64,000 nt of DNA from Eledone cirrhosa. Lineage: Eukaryota. Shown here in pieces: positions 53,808 through 64,000 of the stretch. How positions within the stretch are numbered: the first letter of the stretch is position 1; the number at the start of each line of letters is the position of its first letter. The notes below the pieces were generated by a model. That model searched no databases. It worked only from the letters and a program-made list of their open reading frames with translations, and had not been told where the DNA came from. Where the stretch lies: NCBI GenBank assembly GCA_964016885.1, contig OZ024742.1, positions 282,100,001 through 282,164,000 on the forward strand, given 5' to 3'. The translations under genes were made by a program, and so were the position numbers.

Positions 53808-54289
53808 GGAAAATGAAGGACCTGGCTTGAAGAAAATTCCAAAATATATACAAAAGATATATATATATATATTAAAAATGGCGTAGACATACAATACAAC
53901 AGGAGGAATATATATATATATTATATATATATGTATATATAACGAAGGAATTGTGGTAAGGAACCAGAAATAGCCGTCGAAACGGCTTGAGCTCTGCCGT
54001 GGGGGTCATACTTTTTCATATATATATATATATATATATGTAATGGAAAAATTTGGACAGGGACAAAACAGAGAGGCAGTACAACGAATGTTTATATATA
54101 TCAGATTATTTCTGAAGACAGCATATATATGTGAAGGTACGTATATTTCCTCTGATAGTTTGTAAAATTTTTACATAGATCTATATGATATACATACCAA
54201 CACACACATATATCCTAGAAACGATCGTAAAATCATGAATTTTTTAATATAAGGAACTTGTTCTTTGTTTTTATTCATTGTTTTTATTA

Positions 54290-54349
<60 letters not shown>

Positions 54350-55300
54350 AAGGTGGAAGACTAAAGGTGAATGAGGGAGTGAGTTGGGAAGGAGAAAAAG
54401 AAAGATAGCTAAAGGGGGAGATAGAGAAAGTGAGAGATAGAGAGACAGAAACTGGATAATGGAGTGAGAAAGGGGGCGATGGAGATAGAGCAGTGAGAGA
54501 TGAAGAGGGAGGACGGGGGAGATGGAAAGAGAAAAAAGGGGGAGATAGAGAGAAGGGGGAGATGGAGAAAGAGAAAGGAGTTGGAGAGAGAGAAAGTGAG
54601 AGATGGAGAGGGAGAAAGTGGAAGATGGAGAGGGAGAGAAAGGAGGACGGAGAAGGGGAAAGCGGATGATAGAGAGAGAGAGAGAATGGGCGAGGAGAGA
54701 GAACATGGGAAAAGGAGAGAGAGAGAGAGTGACAGATAGAGAAACAAAAAGTGAGAGATGGAGAGAGAGAGAGAAGGAGGCGAGTGGGAGTGAGATATGG
54801 CAGAAGAGATGGAGAGAGAGAGAAGGAGGCGAGTGGGAGTGAGATATGGCAGAAGAGATGGAGAGGGAGAGAGAGGGGGGGATATTGGAAAAGAGATGGA
54901 GAGAGAGAGGGAGAGAAGGGGGAGTGGGATATGGGAAAATAGATGGACAGAGAGTGGGGGAGAGAGAGAAGGGGGAGTGGGATATGGGAAAAGAGATGGA
55001 GAGAGAGAGGGAGAGAAGGAGGGAGTGGGATATGGGAAAAGAGATGGAGAGAGAGAGGGAGAGAAGGGGGAGTGGGATATGGGAAAAGAGAGAGAGAGAG
55101 AGGGGGTATGGGAAAAGAGATGGAGAGTGAGAGAGAGGGAGAGAGAGAGAGAGAAGGGGGAGTGGGATTTGCGAAAAGAGATGGAGAGAGAGAGAGAAGG
55201 GGGAGTGGGATTTGTGAAAAGAGATGGAGAGAGAGAGAGAAGGGGGAGTGGGATATGAGACAAGAGAGAGTGATAGCTGGAGATAGAAAGAGTGAGAAGT
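54350..55300. repeat. Purine-rich degenerate minisatellite (~45-50-bp unit gagtgggatatgggaaaagagatggagagag)
   Basis: Unit recurs about ten times in 54780-55260. Confidence 0.85.
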
Positions 55301-55541
55301 TAAAATGAGCAGTTGTGGAAATATATGATGTGACAGTGAACGAAACAAAGCAGAGAGTAAAAGAGAGAGATTAGGGGTCAGAGGTCAAGGGTCAAGTAAC
55401 TACCTGAACGTCGCGTTAGATGCGAACGTCTCACCAGGGGTCGCTTCCAGAGAGTGACGTACGTGCTAGAGTTCAATGGAGTGGGATGGCTTCATCTGAG
55501 ATGCTCTTGTGTTGCTGGGGAATGAGCTTTTATTATGCGCA

Positions 55542-55621
<80 letters not shown>

Positions 55622-55952
55622 TGTGAGTGTGCATGTGTTTGTGTGTGTGTTGCTTTATATTTGTTTGATATTTTTTATATGTATTTGCATGTATGTATTT
55701 GTGATTGTTTAATATGTGTACATGATTGTGTGTTGGAATGTAGGCGTGCGTGTGAGTGCTTGCGTGTTATTTTATTTTACATATGTATATGCATGTATGT
55801 GTTCTAGATTTTTGTATATGTATACGTATGCATGTGTGCATTTGAAAGTGTGTGTGTGTATATATGTGTGTATGTGTGTTGTATCTCAATGTGTGTGTGC
55901 ATGTCGTCTTTTTGATACGTTTGTTTCATATTTGTATATGCAGGCATGTATC

Positions 55953-56450
55953 TACGAAATCTATCCGAAAAGTAAAAGTACTGATTTTCCTATGTACGAC
56001 ATAGTAACGCAGCAACTCGTTGATTTAAATAGGCCTGTTGCTTATGATATTCGCTGCACGTGTATATTTGTTTCAACATGATAGATTGAGTCAGTTCTGA
56101 GTTATTGTTGTATATGTAAAGATATGTATAACACATCTGGTAAGTTTGTAAGGCAAAAAAATATCGAACAACGATACGCGATCAAATTTTGTGTGAAACT
56201 CAACAAATCTGACACGGAAAAATTTAATTCTTTAATACAAGCTTATGAAAATGCCACTCTATCAAGAGTGTAAAGTGATACAAAGCTTTAATAGTGGGCA
56301 GAGTAAATATTGAAGACGAACAAATGAACAAAATGTGGAAGTAGTGCGAGCAATGATGGCGATAGATCGCTGATTAAGTGTTAGGATGATTGCAGAAGAA
56401 ACAGGATGTATAAAAATGCAGTTCACAGAATTTTAGCAGATTCATGAACA
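55953..56450 (+). pseudogene. Mariner left end and transposase N-terminus remnant
   Basis: TACGAAATCTATCCGAAAAGTA TIR-like start; IEQRYAIKFCVKLNKSDTE..QAYE..LSR at ~56162-56267. Confidence 0.75.
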
Positions 56451-56609
56451 TTGCAGCATTTCCGGTTTATGAGAAACACTGGTTTAAATGATAGATGTAA
56501 ATGTAAACCTATGTGTTAGGGCTATTAATCAGGACAAAACAATTATTTTGTAAATAATAGCGGTTCTCTTATCATTTATAATTTTACTGTATGACAGTAT
56601 GAGAAGAAA

Positions 56610-56910
56610 GAATGGAATGGAAAATAAGAAAATATTTTTTAAAAATGGAAATGGAAGGGAAAGGCAAGGGCTCTAGTGTCACATCAGAGTAGGCAGGAGG
56701 AAGGGGGAAGGGTGATGGGCTCTGAACCTAGCGCGTGGCAGAAATGGGGCTGCGCCCCACGTACAAGACAGCAAAAGCATTCCCGCGACAAAAGACATCC
56801 ACCCCGCATGGCTCCTTCCTCAGACGGGCCCGTGACCTGCCGATCTTGTGGAAGAGTTCGGTAGTACGGGATCCACGTATGCCTGAGGTCTCCACGGTGA
56901 CCGTGCATGT
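56610..56910 (-). mobile_element. 3' remnant of CRE-clade (RLE) non-LTR retrotransposon
   Basis: VETSG.RG..TELFHKIG...RGNAFAVL matches the CRE RLE terminus. Confidence 0.6.
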
Positions 56911-56939
56911 ATACGTGTGCGTAGATCCCAATATAATGA

Positions 56940-56978
<39 letters not shown>

Positions 56979-57059
56979 GGGGGGGGGGGTAAGTTATTAC
57001 GGGTTGAATCCGAGGTAACCACAGTAAAGTAAGGTACTCAATACATAGCAGAGTATAAG

Positions 57060-57185
57060 AGTTTTAATATAGCTGAGATTCTACAGGACAAGAAGTGTTT
57101 CATTCTTGAGAAATCATCAGGAATCTGATGATTTCTCGAGAATGAAACCGTTCTAGTCCTGTAGAATCACATCTATATTAAAACT
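57060..57185. repeat. Palindrome of two back-to-back hammerhead cores
   Basis: tcatcag-gaat-ctgatga centre; each arm reads CTGATGA-t-ttct..agaa-t-GAAAC..GTC-ctgtag. Confidence 0.8.
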
Positions 57186-57204
57186 TATATATATATATAT
57201 ATAT

Positions 57205-57739
<535 letters not shown>

Positions 57740-57897
57740 CAAATAAATTATCGAGAATCGGAATTTATGAAGAATATATGAATTTATGAAGAATATATAT
57801 ATATGAAGTAATTCTGTCTGAAAGGTCCAGGAAAAAAGAGTGCTCTATGTAAATAACAGAGCTTAATAGTTATGTAATAAACAACATAAGGCAATTA

Positions 57898-57958
57898 TTT
57901 CATTTACCAGTGGTTTCTTAAAAGCAAACAAATTTTGCTTTCAATCATCAGAATGAAA
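57898..57958 (-). ncRNA. Well-formed type I hammerhead
   Basis: tttcatt-CTGATGA-ttgaaagcaaa-atttg-tttgcttttaa-GAAACC-act-GGTA-aatgaaa. Confidence 0.9.
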
Positions 57959-58276
57959 AAATCCTGGTATTTTTATTGACATTGGATTTTAAAAACAAAA
58001 ATATAATCTATATGAAAGTGAGGCTGGAAAAGGAAGAAGGAAAGGAAAAATAAACACATATGCACACACACAAACACACACACAAATACATATACACACA
58101 TATATACATACATATATATATACACATACATACACACACACATATATATGTATATATATATATATACACATACACATACATATACACATACATACATACA
58201 TACATACATATATATCAACATATCCATACATACACATACACACAAATACACAAACACGCATACACACACATGCATA

Positions 58277-58312
<36 letters not shown>

Positions 58313-58685
58313 CATATATATATACATACATACACACAATCATACATATATACACACGTACATACACACTCATACATACACACATATATACACGCATACA
58401 TACGCATGCAAAAATACAGATATATGTACACACACCTACATACGCACACACACAATTAATTATAAGAAAAAATATAATAATAAAAATACCGTCACATAAG
58501 AATAAAAATTAATATAAAAATTATTATAAAGTTGACAGCGATACAGGCAACAAATAAATGAACAAACACACGTGGTAAGCAATACACACAATTGCATATA
58601 CACATACATACGTAAAAATAAATACATACACACACACACATACATATACATATACATATATACATACATACACATACACATATAC

Positions 58686-58743
<58 letters not shown>

Positions 58744-58848
58744 TTATACATACATATCACAAACACATACATACAAATACATACACACACATATGTATGT
58801 GTGTAAAAGTCATTCTTAGATGTATTCTTATGAACCTTGTTTAACTCT

Positions 58849-58916
<68 letters not shown>

Positions 58917-58923
<7 letters not shown>

Positions 58924-59340
58924 GATCGAGTATCGAAAAATCGGCGCACGAGTTCACGATAAACAAGATTCGAAATGAGCGGCAGAGGGCTCAATAATTC
59001 AGATGAATCAGAGCTATAACTATCGTTAAAATACCGTCACATATATAACAAGTCTACAATCAACCATACGATAAAAAATCGATAATAGAAGATTCGGGAC
59101 AAACAGATAAAAAATATCAATAAAACAATACGTCAATAATTTAAATGAATGTAAAATCATACCCGGACCCACTAGACAGGTGTTAAATCTAGCTTCATGG
59201 GTTTCTGTAAATCCTTAGACTGTACTCTATCAGCTCACATATAAATATAAAAGCCTACTAGAGTAAGCGGAACGGAGTTTACTTTCTCAACGAGCTTTTT
59301 TCCTGGCGGGAGAGGGGCTAACTACCAGTGAAAAACGCAC
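58917..59340 (-). repeat. (TA)n-abutting element terminus, motif family A (copy 3)
   Basis: gggctcaata..cagagctataactatcgtt shared with 57365-57420. Confidence 0.6.
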
Positions 59341-59420
59341 ATGGCATTATACATGTATGTATACAGACGTACAGTGGTATACAGACGTACATATATGTAT
59401 ACAGACGTACAGTAGTTTAT

Positions 59421-60260
59421 CGTTTTCGGTGCACCCGGCCGATTAACCCACTCGATATGCAAATTGGGCTACTCAGCCGTTAATATGCATAAGGTAAGTA
59501 TATACGTTCAACAATCTGGCAGGAAGGTATACGTTGCTGACGATAGCTAATAAGCTTGAAACTAGTACATCATTCCTTTGCCAGTGTTGAACAAACGAGC
59601 AACGATGGTTGCTGGACACTACGGCTTAATACCGGATGTTCTTTTACAATCACACCGAGCATTATCATAAATGTTCGGTGAATTCATACGTACATATATA
59701 AATGTGTGCATGTATGTATATATATATACATACTACTGTACGTCTGTATACATATATGTATGTACGTGTACATACTTATATTTAAGTACCAGCCGTATTA
59801 AGAGTGGGAAATGAAATTTCGTTTCATTTTTTCCGTTTTTCGTTTTCGGTGCACCCAGCCGATTAACCCACTCGATATGCAAATTGGGCTACTCAGCCGT
59901 TAATATGCATAAGGTAAGTATATACATTCAACAATCTGGCAGGAAGGTATCCGTTGCTGACGATAGCTAATAAGCTTGCAACTAGTACAGCGTTCCTTTT
60001 TCAGTGTTGACCAAACGAGCAACGATGGTTGCTGGACACTACTGCTTAATGCGGGATGTTTGTTTACAAACACACCGAGCATTATAATAAATGTTCGGTG
60101 AATCCATACGTACATATATATATGTGTGCAAGTATGTATATACATATATACATACTACTGTACGTCTGTATACATATATGTATGTACGTGTACATACTTA
60201 TATTTAAGTAACAGCGGTACTAAGAGTGGGAAATTAAATTTCGTTTCATTTTTTCCGTTT
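59421..60260 (+). mobile_element. Tandem dimer of a 420-bp ORF-less hammerhead unit (retrozyme-like or PLE pLTR dimer)
   Basis: 59421-59840 and 59841-60260; inverted stuttered fragment at 59350-59416; (TA)n at the 3' end. Confidence 0.85.
59532..59572 (+). ncRNA. Minimal hammerhead (second copy at 59952-59992 has GAAA>GCAA)
   Basis: cgttg-CTGACGA-t-agct-aata-agct-t-GAAAC-ta-GTA-catc (cagcg in copy 2). Confidence 0.75.
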
Positions 60261-60535
60261 ATATATATATATATATATATATATACATACACACACATAT
60301 ACATACACATACATATACATACATACACACACACATACATATATATATAAGAAAAAACATAAATATTATATATATATATAAATAAAAAGTTGGGAATACG
60401 ACAAATAATAAATAAATAAATAATTAGAAAAGGGTATAGATGTTTATAGCTGATTTAAAGCACTCAACAAGTTCCTGGAGCAAATGATCAATGAAAATAA
60501 GCATTAAATCACTGTATCTAATTATGCATATACAT

Positions 60536-60624
<89 letters not shown>

Positions 60625-60885
60625 ACCATACAAATACACACACACATTCATACATATACATACATATACGTATATATATACACATATAGGAAAAAGTATG
60701 ATCCCACGGCAGAGCTCAAGCCATTTCTGAGGCTATTATATATATACACACACACAAATACAACAGAAGCATATAAAATACAATTATATACACACATACA
60801 TATACATACAGATATATATATACATACATACACACACATATACATATATATATATATATATATATACATATATACAAATATATGC

Positions 60886-60937
<52 letters not shown>

Positions 60938-61134
60938 TAAATATCTAAAAATAAAAAAGGTGGGTATGTGAAGTGTAAGGTAGAAAGTAAGGGGGAAAAT
61001 AAGGAAAATAAATGACATAGGAAAAGGTTTAAATATAAGGGGAGATAAGGGAGAAAAAGAATATAAGAGTACAGAAAGTGAATTCAGAAGGTAAAAAAAT
61101 CGTTGTGGATGTAAGGCGTATAAAGCAGAGAAGT

Positions 61135-63261
61135 TCAAGGTGGTTGAGTTATCGTATAAATGTCAATCCAGTTACAGATCAGATGTGATTTCAGGTGAGG
61201 ACAACATCTGAAGATCTCGGTCTTGGAGTTCAGGCAAGTTGAAGTGGCTTTTAAGTTTTGTAAAATCCTAAATTTTTCAGTGGTACACAAAGAAGAATTC
61301 TTTGTGCCCCTTTGGTACTTCCTCGAATGGTCTAAAATAGACCAATCGATAGAGTACGGGATGTTTTTATCATTGAATTCCCACACCTTATTTGCGAGAG
61401 CCGTTGCTGTTCTTTTATCGGAGTGTTTAAAAGAAGCGATATGTGCATAAAACCTGGTTTTAAACCTGTCCTGAGTCATGCCAACATATCGTTCACTCCT
61501 TGTTCGCTGGTTGTTAATTAAAGGTCTCACTTTGGCCTCATATACAACGGATTTGGTGTTACATTTGCCCTGTAATGGGCATTTATCCGGCTTCCTGCAA
61601 CTGCATCCTGGATTTATTCTCGTACGATTGGAATTAGTGATTTTAGACTTCATTGATGGGCAGCAAGAGTAACTGATTTTAACTACATTTCTATTAAATA
61701 TCTTATAATGTCTATGATTAGGAGGAAAATGTTTATCTAAGAGGTCAAGGAATTTCCTTCCTACATTAGTTTTGACAGAGAGAAGGGGGTGTAAACCAAT
61801 TAATTTTCCTTTTCCTATTATTGTGGTTAGTTTTAGGGGGGGGGGGAGTAGGTAAATAATTAATTTGTTCTGTAAATCCGCTGTTATTAAGGGCTTCATT
61901 ATAATAAGGGGCGGCTTTATTAAAAATGTCTAGAGACAAAGATAAGGTAGAAATCCTACGGCTAATGTTGGGAATAAGATTTTTAAAAGCTATAGGGGGA
62001 TGGCAAGACTCTTTGTGTATATATCTAAGATTTTTGTTAGGTTTATGATAAGCTTTAAAAGAGGCAGTAAGTACATCAAGATTAATGTCAAAAAAGTTAG
62101 CATTGGTAAGGTTCGTATCTATAGTAATTTTAAGGTTAAGATTAGCAAAAGTATTGATTAAATCTTTACGGAATTTATCAAGGTTATGGCCGTTGGTGGT
62201 ATGAGAAACTGCCAATCCGTCGTCACGGTATAAACCGATATTATGGGAAGGAAATTTCTCTTTGAGGGTGTGGAGAAGGAATCATCCTACTAAGTCACAC
62301 ACATCCGCACTGTCATATGAACCCATTGCAACATCAAAAGAGTTTTCAGGGTTTGACTTTTTAACCCAAATACTTTCATTAGTAAAGAGTAAAGATTTTC
62401 TAGCATGAAAGATAATGTCTTCTTCTAATTTAGAAATATTAATGAAGGGTCTTGCAAAGTCTAAGGCATTAGTTAATAAGGAAACAGTAATAGAGGTGTA
62501 AAAATCAACAATATCAAATTGGGTAAATCTACACTTATTTTTACCTTGTATATTATTAAACCAAGAAATAACAGAGGATGTATTTAACCAAGGTGATAGG
62601 TCTTAGTTCTAATTTGGAGAATTATTTTTCTTAAGATTTTTTTACTTGCAAGGCCAACTTCGGATTTAGCCGGGTTCATCAGTCTACAACTAGGTCGATT
62701 AGTAAAGTCTAATTTATGGTCTTTAAGGGTAATATATTCTTTACGTTTAGCTAGGCTTTCAATCCGGTTGTCTATTTTTAAAGAACTAGGTAGTTCTTTA
62801 GCTTCTTTATTAATAGTATTGTAGGTATTATTATTAGTTAATTGATATTTGTTGGTGATACTATTAGTTAAAAGTTGGTTATACAAAATACTATTAACTT
62901 CAAAGAGATTTTTAGTTTTATCGGAAAGAATAAAAGTGTTTGTAGAATTTTTAAAATTAGAAATATCGTTAGACAGTTTAGTTTGAAAATTATTATTGTA
63001 CTTACGAAATTTGATATCACTAATTAAATTAACAAGGTCTAATTCGAAGTTGGCCATGTCTTTAATTCTAGGTGGGTATTTACGGGATTTTATGTCAAAA
63101 CAATCATTAGTATCAGCACTGAATAGTCCATCGTAAACCATTGCCTTCCATCTCATTCTTTTAACGACTTGTTCGATTTTATCTATAAGCATTTTGGTAT
63201 AAGTTGTGTTGGAAGGAGTAGGTATATTTTTGATTGAATAATCCAATTCATAAAGGTCCAT
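61135..63261 (-). pseudogene. PLE RT + GIY-YIG ORF with two frameshifts and one nonsense codon
   Basis: YSIKNIP..RMRWKA, FDIVDFY, MGSYD, GLYRDDGL, CSCR..CPL.G.C, VVY..YVG; TGA at ~62282-62284; shifts near 62595 and in the G run near 61840. Confidence 0.9.
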
Positions 63262-63535
63262 GGTGTATGTTGGTTAAATTCCTGAAAACTGTAGAGTGCT
63301 CAACTAATCGGGCTGGAAAGTGCCAATGATATATGTAATATAGAATATGCATGTGTGTGTGTGTGCGTGTTTGTGTATTTGTGTGTATGTGTATGTATGG
63401 ATATGTTGATATATATGTGTGTATGTATGTATGTGTATATGTATGTGTATGTGTATATATATATATATATATATATACATATATATGTGTATGTGTATAT
63501 ATATATATGTATGTATATATGTGTGTGTATGTATT

Positions 63536-63585
<50 letters not shown>

Positions 63586-63700
63586 GTGTGTGTGTGCATG
63601 TGTGTTTATTTTTCCTTTCCTTCTTCCTTTTCCAGCCTCACTTTCATATAGATTATATTTTTGTTTTTAAAATCCAATGTCAATAAATAAACAAGGATTT

Positions 63701-63761
63701 TTTCATTTTGATGATTGAAAGCAAAATTTGTTTGCTTTTAAGAAACCACTGGTAAATGAAA
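63701..63761 (+). ncRNA. Hammerhead in inverted pLTR, core C>T (TTGATGA)
   Basis: Otherwise the same as 57898-57958. Confidence 0.65.
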
Positions 63762-63816
63762 TAATTGCCTTATGTTGTTTATTACATAACTATATATATA
63801 TATGCATGTATGTATG

Positions 63817-63961
<145 letters not shown>

Positions 63962-64000
63962 GTATCTATGTATATGTATATGTATGTATGTTTTTAGTCC

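Larger units (their letters stand above)
57800..63790 (-). mobile_element. Disrupted Penelope-like element (probably Hydra-clade-like) with 3' pLTR, inverted 5' pLTR and nested insertions
   Basis: 57868-58275 is the reverse complement of 63345-63792, including microsatellite variants; the ORF lies between. Confidence 0.7.

Noticed and set aside
54105-54150. CTGAAGA..GAAG..GTA hammerhead-like string
   Set aside because: GAAA is mutated and stem I does not pair.
59005-59030. AGAGCTA resembling a Cas9 repeat/guide scaffold (Fanzor/OMEGA idea)
   Set aside because: Only a 7-nt match; no RuvC/TnpB-like ORF anywhere in the window.
62282-62284. In-frame TGA as selenocysteine (as in Naiad PLEs)
   Set aside because: Falls at a hydrophobic (Leu-like) position in an ORF that also has two frameshifts; a nonsense mutation is simpler.
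63701-63761. Hammerhead antisense to the PLE ORF as a novel arrangement
   Set aside because: Explained by lying in the inverted 5' pLTR copy; the sense copy is at 57898-57958.

Overview
AT-rich, microsatellite-saturated eukaryotic (animal) genomic DNA. The tRNA-derived SINE family and repeat landscape suggest an octopus/cephalopod (inference). No host protein-coding gene can be supported, and nearly all listed ORFs are translations of simple repeats. The window is a nest of retroelements. It holds a young Penelope-like element (PLE; RT + GIY-YIG, 41939-47430) with direct and inverted pseudo-LTRs, a truncated relative (23955-25452), and a disrupted PLE of a different clade (57800-63790). There are also many short PLE-terminus fragments inserted in (TA)n, RTE and CRE LINE remnants, SINE arrays, mariner/hAT/pogo MITEs, two Helitrons and about 8 kb of trinucleotide arrays. 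The main hidden signal is RNA structure. About 20 intact or degenerate type-I hammerhead ribozyme motifs from roughly ten unrelated sequence families occur here, including two ORF-less tandem units (420 bp and 526 bp) resembling retrozymes. Inversion junctions repeatedly fall inside the ribozyme core. There is also an HDV-like ribozyme candidate in an internally deleted RTE, and two unidentified conserved structured motifs that always abut (TA)n. All folds were read by eye and are untested.
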